A stretch of 64,000 bases of DNA from Candidatus Cloacimonadota bacterium (GCA_028695495.1 JAQVIX010000006.1:335-64334), one strand, 5' to 3'; shown: positions 45,401 through 53,289, numbered from the stretch's first letter. The notes: generated by a model from the letters alone, not told the origin. Numbers and translations are program-made.

Positions 45401-47196
45401 ACGGGGTTGCCGGCAGAGTTTTTCACTGCTACATCCAAAAGTGAAAGCCCCACAGGGATATTGGGGATGGTAGCAATCTGGAAGCTATCGGGCACTTTTA
45501 CAAAGACTTCCATGGTGGGATCTCCTATCAGATTGCACCAATGCGTAAACTTCTCTACGTTTGTTGGAGACGATACGCCAAAGATTTCGTTCATATACAG
45601 CTTACCATGCAAGAGACCTTCACCCATGGTACGCATGCCTCTTACAAATACGCCTTCAAAAAAGCCGCCATGCAATACATTATTGAAGGTAGTGTGGGTA
45701 CTGGAGGTAGCCATGCCAATGGCGGTAACGGAGCCTTTGGGGGCAGCGGTAGTGCCCATGCGGGTAATGGTCTCCGTTTCTGAGGTGCCAGAATAATTGC
45801 CGGTTCCGCAAGTAGTTAATACAGCATGCGGCAATTTGTAGCTATTACTTATGGAGCCATCGGAAGGAGGGCTGAAATCTATATAACCTCGAAAGCTATA
45901 GAAGCCAATGCCCTGATTTAATGCGTTATTTACCGAGCTTACGTTTTCATTGAAATTGGGCGTATAAAGCTCGGTAAAAGTGGCTTCGGGGTTTATTTCC
46001 AGCGCCATTTCTTTGATGTATTTGCTGATATAGATGGTAGAAATACCGGAATAATAGTAATTTGCCACCAAAAGATGGTGGTTTAGCCAAGAGGCTGTAT
46101 CGATATTGATATCCTTTTCATAAAGGAAAACCTTATTGAGCATTACCAAAAATTGAGAGCTATTTTCTACCGAAATGCGACCGATAAATACATCACCAAG
46201 TATATCTCCGGTATTCATAAAGCTATAAGGATAATCTGTACTACCGCCATTATTGCTAAAACAAGGGATGGTGAAGCTACCTGAAGTATCGCCAATAAGC
46301 ACCACATAGTCTGGACGCGTGGCAGAGTTATTGTAGCGATTCCGAATATAGGTTTGAATGGAAGAAGTGGAAGAGCCGGCGCTATTGGTAGCAGTAGTAG
46401 CGATATCCACATCCGCACCCTTCTGCCTTTTCCAAAGTACATAAGCGTTTAAGGCATTGAGGAAAGTATTATCTGTGGTATTGCCATGGATAATCAGGTA
46501 GCGGGGCGGAGTATTTGCCAAGAGGAGATGGCGATAATCTTCAAAATTGAGAATAAAGGATTCGTAAGTTTTGGCAAATGCTGCGCTGAGGAATTGCGGT
46601 TCGGCTGGCAATTCGTTGCTGCTGGCATCGTTTGTGTAGTTTACGCGCAATTCGATCTTTTGCCTTACGCAAAGCTCACCCGTGGCAGCATCATACACAA
46701 AAGGGCTTATCGATATATTTACAATGCGCAGCTCGCGCAAGAGCATGGGGGCGCTATGGCTTACAAAGTTTGCAGGATATTGCCCCTGTCCGCGGTAAAA
46801 ACCTTCACTATAGCTAAAGCTGCGGGCGGTTTCCGGTAAGCTGGCATCTTGCACCGGATAGGGATTGATGCCACTTAGTACGCTCATTTGGCTATTTTGC
46901 ACTTCCAGCGAAATGCCGCCCTGGGCAGGAATAGCGATATAGGTATTAAAAAGCGGTAATTCCGGAAGACCTGTTTCGGCTAAATAGTGTGCTTCTGCCA
47001 GCTCAATCTTTTGAAAGCTTTTTCCAGCAGCCTGTAGCTCGCTCAATCTGTATTCAGGTAAGTGAAACTGGATCTTCATTCCCTGGCTATCGCGCTGTAA
47101 AATGCGATATGGCGAGGGACTTACGGTTAATTCCGGTGTAAGTGCAATAAGTTGCCAAGCCCAAAGACTCAGCACCAAAAGCAAGAATCTCTTCAT
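42493..47196 (-). CDS. Giant secreted peptidase-C25 (gingipain)-like surface protein
   Basis: Start taken at MKRFLLLVLSLWAWQLIA (47196). Propeptide-like N-terminus. C25-like core (YVVLIGD..., LPHAVLTTCGTGNY aligns with the gingipain Cys context). Choice-of-anchor-J-like QDFESGSLPTGW. Two FN3-like C-terminal domains. Confidence 0.75.
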   Translation of the reverse strand: MKRFLLLVLSLWAWQLIALTPELTVSPSPYRILQRDSQGMKIQFHLPEYRLSELQAAGKSFQKIELAEAHYLAETGLPELPLFNTYIAIPAQGGISLEVQNSQMSVLSGINPYPVQDASLPETARSFSYSEGFYRGQGQYPANFVSHSAPMLLRELRIVNISISPFVYDAATGELCVRQKIELRVNYTNDASSNELPAEPQFLSAAFAKTYESFILNFEDYRHLLLANTPPRYLIIHGNTTDNTFLNALNAYVLWKRQKGADVDIATTATNSAGSSTSSIQTYIRNRYNNSATRPDYVVLIGDTSGSFTIPCFSNNGGSTDYPYSFMNTGDILGDVFIGRISVENSSQFLVMLNKVFLYEKDINIDTASWLNHHLLVANYYYSGISTIYISKYIKEMALEINPEATFTELYTPNFNENVSSVNNALNQGIGFYSFRGYIDFSPPSDGSISNSYKLPHAVLTTCGTGNYSGTSETETITRMGTTAAPKGSVTAIGMATSSTHTTFNNVLHGGFFEGVFVRGMRTMGEGLLHGKLYMNEIFGVSSPTNVEKFTHWCNLIGDPTMEVFVKVPDSFQIATIPNIPVGLSLLDVAVKNSAGNPVEGASVVLSQGANILSRGYTDAEGNVILVLPASMSAGAAILTIHSHDFKPLQHNIQIQNTATLVPASMVVDDSIEGNNNGIVNGGETVNLYFGLRNTGSSPLNRVGGVLYTESPWVQILQGHVSYPSIPAGGSATPNSPLVISVAPDTPHNTMLRLHLLLDNSMGGIYDVSEFLPVESALAQYISYAVIDNANAVLDPGETARLSISIKNIGAATQQNLFGELISDNDLLEVVDDSAFFGNFGINSTVNCNNDNFQVFCRTPTLPGMLMPLRLRLYTAGGFEQIVPFNLEIGTVSQQHPLGPDSYGYVIYDWTDTAYSEAPVYEWVEIAPNAGGMGTALAINDPYTSTEGDQVGAQSLAVVNLPFAFQFYGRLYDVITVCSNGFIALGETGNAEFRNFRLPGAMGPSPMIAPFWDDLATHSGSSISYWFDRPNRRFIVEWYNMRNGYNGSSPETFQVILYDQNYYYSSLGDGPIKFQYHTFNNVDAQSGNRHGNYSTIGIEDHSGTRGLEYTFNNIYPTAAAPLSSGKALYITNNPSMYDAPATLAPFGDVALRQGETYLIEDLDSYFHSTAYLSYSLIEHPEIVAEVHGKTLRIIPAAEYYGDTQLGIKASDPMGRHIEQYLQLSVENAYCLVQDFESGSLPTGWQIGHLGNTTSGWQIAQNDWDNHFMQCSASPGNTANERLSTASFNLSTFQNTKLRFWMDYQPLGTASSLLQYSFNNITWVNIDAFSSAYRGYREYSLPALDNKSSVRLRWTYSAPANTSGFANHWIIDDLSLSGLVPDTTAPTQVNNVLLVSAANGNIQISWEPSFDLHFSHYEVYLAEGNSVSLSSPMYSVAEYPALGNMETSALSISGLPEAIYTLAIRALDLSGNASELSDALTFSLGIFTIAPQNISLQMQAQNLILSWDAVNSDLLGNPISISGYKVYASDTPYFELNAESFIGSTATNSFSIPTANQNRRFFKVTVNP

Positions 47197-47642
47197 GTTA
47201 TTTCCCTTATTTAATATTGTAAAGAATAAAAAACGTTCAGCTAAATTGTTGAGATTTTGCTTGAACACACTTTTTTGAGGGGGAAGGAATTGTCAAGCAG
47301 GGATTTGCCGTATTTCTATATTAGTTGCACAGTCAATATTTGCTGGCAAAAAACTGATAATTAGGGAGGATATTCAAGATAATGATAATAAGGGATTTAG
47401 CCTGGAAGTATGGGGCTATTATTGAGAATAATTGAAGGCATAAAAAGCGCTTGAGTCAGTTTTTATTTGCTGCCCGGAAAGGGGATATTTTGGCGATAAC
47501 CAAGATATTTTATTACAGGCTTTGTAAACAGGGTGGGTAAGCCATTAATAGTTTTGCAAGCAAGTATTATCCCCGAAATTGTGGGTTTGCAGCCAAGTTA
47601 AAGGCTGTCCGGAAATGCTGGCAACATGCCTGCCGTATTTGG

Positions 47643-47881
47643 GGCTGTCCAGAAATACGCAAACATCACCATATCAAGAAATGAACACACCTGAAATGTA
47701 GGGGTTCAAGGCACCCAAACCCGCCGTATTTTACGCGCAACAGGTAATCATTATGGATTGTGTATCAATAAATAACGGTGTGCGCTACGCGCACGCTTTG
47801 TCAAAAGCGGGCGCAAAGCATTGCGCCCCTACATTTCCAATGTTACAGATATCGTGCTTGGTTTTGGCATTTCGGGACAGC
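47643..47881 (+). repeat. Repeat family A copy 3
   Basis: GGCTGTCCAGAAATACGC...GAAATGTAGGGGTTCAAGGC...GTGCGC-TAC-GCGCAC...GCATTGCGCCCCTACATTTC...GGCATTTCGGGACAGC. Confidence 0.85.
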
Positions 47882-47897
47882 ATCCTGCCTCCTTTGT

Positions 47898-47962
47898 TGC
47901 CCTCGCAATGCCCTCGCCTCGACCCACAAAAAGCCGGTAGAGACGAGGGCATTGCGAGGGCA
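47898..47962 (+). repeat. Palindromic repeat family B copy 4 (best-preserved hairpin)
   Basis: TGCCCTCGCAATGCCCTCGCCTCGACCC-ACAAAAAGCC-GGTAGAGACGAGGGCATTGCGAGGGCA. The outer 19 bp are perfectly complementary. Confidence 0.85.
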
Positions 47963-47977
47963 GCAGACGGGTAGCCG

Positions 47978-48082
47978 TGTCTTATACTGAAGTAGGGTGC
48001 CGCTTTTTTGCAATAGAATTGGCATTGTTTGGGGGATGTTTTTGAGGGTTTTCTCGGGCATTGCCAAAATGATGTGCTGGAC
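47978..48082 (+). mobile_element. Solo remnant of the IS3-family left end
   Basis: TGTCTTATACTGAAGTAGGGTGCC...TGAGGGTTTTCTCGGGCATTGCCAAAATGATG aligns with the first ~105 nt of the IS at 11492 (last ~38 nt nearly identical). No transposase follows. Confidence 0.7.
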
Positions 48083-48114
48083 TCATGCTATTTGAGATCA
48101 ATAAACGAACTTGA

Positions 48115-48355
48115 GGCTGTCCAGTAATACGAAAAACAACATAACAACAAGAAATGTCCACACCTGAAATGTAGGGGTTCAGGGCACCCAAACCCGCCGA
48201 AAATTACACGCAACATGTAAGCATTATGGATTGTGTATCAATAAATAACGGTGTGCGCTACGCGCACGCTTTGTCAAAAGCGGGCGCAAAGCATTGCGCC
48301 CCTACATTTCCAATGTTACAGATATCGTGCTTGGTTTTGGCATATCGGAACAGCC
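48115..48355 (+). repeat. Repeat family A copy 4
   Basis: Near-identical to copy 3 over its right two-thirds. It ends CATATCGGAACAGCC, 10 nt from the stop of the response-regulator gene. Confidence 0.85.
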
Positions 48356-48365
48356 CCCATAAATC

Positions 48366-48995
48366 TTATTTTTCGCTTTTCAGCTTCTCCATCTCCGGCT
48401 TTACTTTCGTTTCGTAGCAATCCGGACAGATGGAATGTGAGAAAATGGTATCCGTATGTTCGGAAATATAGCCTTCCACCTCTTGCCAATAGTTATTGTC
48501 CGAACGGATTTTCTTGCAGTAGGAGCAGATGGGGAGTAGCTTTTCCAGGGAGCGTATCTGCGTGGCGGCAGCTTCCAATTCCTGACGCTGCTTTTCCAGC
48601 CTCAGGGCAGATTTTACGCGCTGCACCAATTCCAAATTCGAGAAGGGTTTGCTAATGAAATCCATGGCGCCCAGCTCGAAGCTGCGAGCCAAAGGCTCCA
48701 TATTGTCATCCAACGAAGCAGCGGTAATCATAATCACCGGAATATAGGAAAGCGTGCTATCCTGCTTGATCCATTCCAATACATCATAGCCGCTTACCCC
48801 CGGCATCATGATATCCAAAAGCAGGAGGTCTGGGGGATTCAGACCTATTACTTCCATCATCTCTTTGCCATTCGTAAAAAGCGTTTGATTTGTAAATCCG
48901 GCTTGGTTCAGCACGGTTTTGATGAGCTTTAGGTTAATGGCATCGTCATCCAACACATAGATAGTCATCTTTTTAATAGCTTCATTGGGAGTCAT
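48366..48995 (-). CDS. Response regulator: receiver domain + coiled coil + C-terminal Cys-rich (CxxC...CxxC) domain
   Basis: 209 aa. Receiver motifs VLDDD and LLLLDIMMPGVSGYDV. C-terminal LPICSYCKKIRSDNNYWQEVEGYISEHTDTIFSHSICPDCYE. Confidence 0.8.
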   Translation of the reverse strand: MTPNEAIKKMTIYVLDDDAINLKLIKTVLNQAGFTNQTLFTNGKEMMEVIGLNPPDLLLLDIMMPGVSGYDVLEWIKQDSTLSYIPVIMITAASLDDNMEPLARSFELGAMDFISKPFSNLELVQRVKSALRLEKQRQELEAAATQIRSLEKLLPICSYCKKIRSDNNYWQEVEGYISEHTDTIFSHSICPDCYETKVKPEMEKLKSEK

Positions 48996-48998
48996 GGC

Positions 48999-50603
48999 TT
49001 ACCTCTTTTTCTTTTTCAGGGAATCTGCGTGTTCAAACATCGCATCCAGGGTTTTGTGGCGGTCAAATAGCGCTAAGGTCTGTTGCAACTGTTTATCTTG
49101 CAAGGCGGTAATCTTGTATGCCTCCAGGTCTCCATATACTTTGCGCACCATTTCGCTTTTGAGCGTGTTTTCAATGTAGGCGCGGGCGCTATCGAGATCT
49201 GCCAAAGTGTAATCTACTTCGTTTTTGCGAGCATAGCTGAGGAACTCCTGCATCATCATATCCGTAATGCGGGGGTCTTTGGATACCTTGATATCGTGCT
49301 CCAAAAGGTAATCCACGGTGAAATTGAAGAAGATGTTTTTGCGGCGCAATTCAGCGGAAAACTTGGTTAAGAACTCGTTTTCCATCTCGATATCCGGCGT
49401 AATGCCGCCGCCGCCAAATACTTCCCTGCCTTGGGCGGTATAATACACTTTGTTATGGTTTTCCTCATCTTCTTTGCTGAGGTCTTCCTTGCTTACTTCT
49501 TTGCCTTTCAGGCGTTTATCATTACTCATCTTGTGAATGCAGCGTCCGGATTTGATGTAATAATAGGAAGTGGTAATCTTTACACCATTGCCATTGGAAA
49601 GCGGCAGAAGCTGTTGCACGCTGCCTTTGCCAAAGGTATTTCTGCCCACTACCAGCCCCTTATCCCAATCCTGCAAGCTGCCGGCAAAGATTTCCGATGC
49701 CGAGGCTGAGGCTTCGTTTACCATTACCACGATGGGATAATCCCGCGCTTTGGTATTATAGCGGGTATAAAGGGCATCCTGGCGCGTGCGTCCCTTGGTT
49801 TCCACCACCAGTTTATTGCCACCGATAAATTCATTTACGGTATCCACTGCCTGGTCGAGAAGTCCGCCGGGATTGAAGCGCAAATCCACGATCAAGCCGG
49901 TAATTCCTTCCGCTTCCAGGTTCTTTAAGGCTTCGCGCACTTCGGAACTTGTGTTTTCATTGAACTGGCTAATGCGCATATAGCCCGTGCCATTGGCAGT
50001 TTTGAAGTAATAGGGCACGCTTTTGATCTTGATAATCTCGCGCACGATGGTAAAATCTATGGGATCGGCTACTCCGGGGCGCATGATGGTGATAATCACC
50101 GTGCTGCCCACATCACCCCGCATGTGTTTGATGGATTCATCGGTGGTCATGCCCACCACGTTTTTGCCATCCACCTTGATGATCTTATCTCCGGCGGTAA
50201 TGCCCATGCGATAGGCGGGAGTACCTTCCATGGGCGAAACCACTGTAATATAATCCCCTATCTTATCGATCTGAATACCCAAACCGCCAAAAGAGCCTTT
50301 GGTGCTGGTGGTAAAATCCTTGAACTCATCGGCAGTGAAGTAATTGGTATGCGGGTCTGTGGAATCCAGCATTCCCTTGATGGCAGCTTCGATAAGCTCC
50401 TCGTCTGAAAGCTCGGTAACGTAATTCTGCTTCAGCTTCATTAGCACTTCGCTAAAAAGCTGCAACTGAGTATATACGTTTCCAGAACCAACTGCCCGGG
50501 CTTGCGCCTGAGCAAAAGAATTGGTGGCAAATAGCAAGAGTACGGCAGTAAGAATCCATACTGCCGATATGGTAATAAGCGCTCTTTTTTGTTTGGGTTT
50601 CAT
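48999..50603 (-). CDS. ctpA: Carboxy-terminal processing peptidase (S41 family) with PDZ domain
   Basis: 534 aa. Signal/TM segment, a PDZ segment, S41 motifs RFNPGGLLDQAV, NEASASASEIFAG and FGKGSVQ. Confidence 0.88.
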   Translation of the reverse strand: MKPKQKRALITISAVWILTAVLLLFATNSFAQAQARAVGSGNVYTQLQLFSEVLMKLKQNYVTELSDEELIEAAIKGMLDSTDPHTNYFTADEFKDFTTSTKGSFGGLGIQIDKIGDYITVVSPMEGTPAYRMGITAGDKIIKVDGKNVVGMTTDESIKHMRGDVGSTVIITIMRPGVADPIDFTIVREIIKIKSVPYYFKTANGTGYMRISQFNENTSSEVREALKNLEAEGITGLIVDLRFNPGGLLDQAVDTVNEFIGGNKLVVETKGRTRQDALYTRYNTKARDYPIVVMVNEASASASEIFAGSLQDWDKGLVVGRNTFGKGSVQQLLPLSNGNGVKITTSYYYIKSGRCIHKMSNDKRLKGKEVSKEDLSKEDEENHNKVYYTAQGREVFGGGGITPDIEMENEFLTKFSAELRRKNIFFNFTVDYLLEHDIKVSKDPRITDMMMQEFLSYARKNEVDYTLADLDSARAYIENTLKSEMVRKVYGDLEAYKITALQDKQLQQTLALFDRHKTLDAMFEHADSLKKKKR

Positions 50604-50617
50604 GTATCTATAGTCTC

Positions 50618-51229
50618 CTAAACTAATTCCAAAGCTTTCAGAACTGCCCGATGCAGATCTTCCGGTGCTTTTGAAGCGTCGAGTACAAGGTATCTGTACT
50701 GCTGTTTTTTGGCAATAACTAAAAACTGTTCGCGTACTTTTTGGTGAAAAGAAAGAGCTTCCTGCTCCAATCTATCAAGGCTACGCTCCCGAATGCGAGC
50801 CAAACCTTCCTCGGCGGGAAGATCCAGCAAAATAGTAAGATGCGGCTGCAAGCCAAAGGTGGCAAAACGGGTAAGCACGTCGATAAAATCTGTATTGAGT
50901 TTCCGCGCCGCACCCTGATAGGCATAAGTGCTATCATAGTAGCGATCCGAGATTACCATCTTGCCTTTAGCTATGGCGGGCAGGATAAGCTCTCCCGTAT
51001 GCTGGGCGCGCGAGGCACTATAAAGCAGAAGCTCGGTTTCCGGCAGCATTTCGGGCGTGGCGGGGTCCAGGATAACGCGGCGGATGGCTTCGGCAATGGT
51101 AGTGCCGCCAGGCTCGCGGGTGCTAAGAAAAGGGATGCCCTTGCGTTCGAGGTATTCGCATAAGAGCTTTATCTGCGTGCTCTTGCCGCAACCTTCTATG
51201 CCTTCAAATGTAATGAACTTGCCTTTCAT
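50618..51229 (-). CDS. tmk: Thymidylate kinase
   Basis: 203 aa. FITFEGIEGCGKSTQ P-loop, TREPGGT and DRY motifs. Confidence 0.92.
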   Translation of the reverse strand: MKGKFITFEGIEGCGKSTQIKLLCEYLERKGIPFLSTREPGGTTIAEAIRRVILDPATPEMLPETELLLYSASRAQHTGELILPAIAKGKMVISDRYYDSTYAYQGAARKLNTDFIDVLTRFATFGLQPHLTILLDLPAEEGLARIRERSLDRLEQEALSFHQKVREQFLVIAKKQQYRYLVLDASKAPEDLHRAVLKALELV

Positions 51230-51234
51230 GATGC

Positions 51235-52836
51235 CTACAAAATGGTATCGTGCAGATAGTGGAGATCGTCCCGACTGGGGTTATCGATGAGGTAATGTGC
51301 GCCGCGGCTTTCTTTGCGCGCCAGGGCACTGCGGGTAACGGCAATGGCAATCACCGCCATATTACGGGTTTCCACCACTTCACGGCGCACCGCATTGTGT
51401 TGATAGAAGTTATTAATCTCGTTATAGATATTTTCCAGGCGTGAAAGGGCGTATTTGAGCAGGCGGCGGGAACGGCGAATACCCACATAGCCCTGCATGA
51501 TGGTGCCCAATATCTCGCGGTTATGGCTAATCACCACCCATTCGTTTTCGTTAAAATCCCCCATCAGGCGCCAACGGGGAATCCTGGGAAACGCCACATC
51601 CTCATCCATCGAGGGGTGATTTGCCGCATTATACGCCACTACCAGCGCTTCCAAAAGGGAGTTCGATGCCAAGCGGTTTGCCCCATGCAAGCCGGTGCAG
51701 GATACTTCGCCGGCGCAATAGAGATTGCGGATATCCGTAATGCCATCGATGGTGGAAAGCACGCCGCCGCAGAAGTAATGTGCTGCCGGCGCAACGGGGA
51801 TAAGCTCCACGGTAAAATCAATATCCCGCTCCTTTAAGCGGCTATCAATATAGGGGAAATGGCTTTTAAGCTGCTCGGTAGGCACCTTGGTGGCATCCAG
51901 CCAGCAAAACTTCTCCCCCCGGCGTTTTAGCTCGCTATCGATAGCGCGGGAAACGATATCGCGCGGAGCGAGATTTGCCTTGGGATGGTAGTTTTCCATA
52001 AAAGAGCTGCCATCCGAGAGCCTCAATTGCGCACCTTCGCCTCTTAAAGCCTCGGAGATGAGGAAGGTATCGCCTTCGGGACTCCAGAAGGCAGTGGGAT
52101 GGAACTGCACAAACTCCATATTCGCCAGCCGGGCACCTGCAAGGCGCGCCATCGCCATACCATCGCCAGTAGCTACTTCCGGATTTGTATTATGGCTATA
52201 AATCTGGGCAGCGCCGCCGGTAGCAAGCATGGTTTTACGGGCTTTAAAGATATCCACCGCGTAAGTGGCGGAATCCATTACATAAGCGCCCCAGCATGAG
52301 ATGCCGGGGATAAAGCATTCGTCATTGGCTACATGGTGTTGGGTAATAAGGTCGATAGCAATGCGGTTTTCGTAAATATCGATATTCACATTGCTGAGGC
52401 AATTGCGGATAAGCGCATGCATGATCTGGTGTCCGGTACTATCTGCGGAATATGCCACGCGGCGATGGCGATGCCCGCCTTCCATGGTAAGTGAGAGGTT
52501 TTCCAGGCGGTGATCATAGCTGGGATCGCGACGCGTAAAATCCGTGCCCAAATCCATCAGGTATTGGATAAGCCCCGGTCCTTGCTCGATAATCTGGCGA
52601 ATCACCTGCTTTTTGCCCAGCTCGGCACCGGCACTAAAGGTATCCTCTATGTGTTCATCAAAGCTATCCGTAGCATCGATGGCGGCGGCTATCCCGCCCT
52701 GGGCATATTCGGTATTGCAATCCTGCAGGCTGCGTTTGGTTACTACCGCTACCTTGCCTTTCTTGGCTGCTTCCAAGGCAAATACCAAGCCGGCAATGCC
52801 GCTGCCCAAAACCAGATAATCATATTCATATACCAC
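51235..52836 (-). CDS. nadB: L-aspartate oxidase
   Basis: 533 aa. VLGSGIAGL FAD motif and a fumarate-reductase/succinate-dehydrogenase flavoprotein fold. Its length and lack of partner subunits fit NadB. Confidence 0.82.
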   Translation of the reverse strand: MVYEYDYLVLGSGIAGLVFALEAAKKGKVAVVTKRSLQDCNTEYAQGGIAAAIDATDSFDEHIEDTFSAGAELGKKQVIRQIIEQGPGLIQYLMDLGTDFTRRDPSYDHRLENLSLTMEGGHRHRRVAYSADSTGHQIMHALIRNCLSNVNIDIYENRIAIDLITQHHVANDECFIPGISCWGAYVMDSATYAVDIFKARKTMLATGGAAQIYSHNTNPEVATGDGMAMARLAGARLANMEFVQFHPTAFWSPEGDTFLISEALRGEGAQLRLSDGSSFMENYHPKANLAPRDIVSRAIDSELKRRGEKFCWLDATKVPTEQLKSHFPYIDSRLKERDIDFTVELIPVAPAAHYFCGGVLSTIDGITDIRNLYCAGEVSCTGLHGANRLASNSLLEALVVAYNAANHPSMDEDVAFPRIPRWRLMGDFNENEWVVISHNREILGTIMQGYVGIRRSRRLLKYALSRLENIYNEINNFYQHNAVRREVVETRNMAVIAIAVTRSALARKESRGAHYLIDNPSRDDLHYLHDTIL

Positions 52837-52837
52837 C

Positions 52838-53284
52838 CTATACCTCCTTATTTATCAGATACAAACCCATTACCAAGGCATTCTCAGGAGGCTCCTGATA
52901 GTAGTTTTTGCGGGTGCCCAAGCTCTGAAAACCCAGGCTTTGATATAGCCGGATAGCGGGCAGATTGGATTCTCTTACATCCAGGTAAAAGTACCAGTGC
53001 CCTCTTTGGATAAGGCTCTGCATGCTTTCTTTTAAGAGCAGGCGACCGTAACCCTGCCTTTGATACTTTGGATCCACGCCAAAATTGATAATCACAGCTT
53101 CATCCAACGCCACAAGATAGATGATATAGCCCAAGAGCTTGCCCTCTTTTTCCAATACCCAGGCAGTGCCGAAGGGTAAATCTCCAAAGGCTTCCAGCGG
53201 CCAGGGGTCTGGGAAGACCCGGGTTTCCAATTCGTGGATGGCGGGAAGGTCTTGAGGAATAGCAAGGCGAAACTCAGGCTCCAT
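52838..53284 (-). CDS. rimI: GNAT N-acetyltransferase, RimI-like (ribosomal-protein-alanine acetyltransferase)
   Basis: 148 aa. Acetyl-CoA motif YQRQGYGRLLL. Confidence 0.75.
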   Translation of the reverse strand: MEPEFRLAIPQDLPAIHELETRVFPDPWPLEAFGDLPFGTAWVLEKEGKLLGYIIYLVALDEAVIINFGVDPKYQRQGYGRLLLKESMQSLIQRGHWYFYLDVRESNLPAIRLYQSLGFQSLGTRKNYYQEPPENALVMGLYLINKEV

Positions 53285-53289
53285 TTTTC

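Noticed and set aside
13067-47962. Family-B palindromes as a possible CRISPR repeat
   Set aside because: The four copies are tens of kilobases apart, in both orientations, not in a regularly spaced array. No cas genes are present.
47753-48417. Two small ORFs (47753-47974 and 48226-48417) with identical 39-residue N-termini (MDCVSINNGVRYAHALSKAGAKHCAPTFPMLQISCLVLA)
   Set aside because: The identity simply reflects two copies of repeat family A. The frames diverge as soon as the repeat ends, there is no RBS, and other A copies do not keep the frame open.
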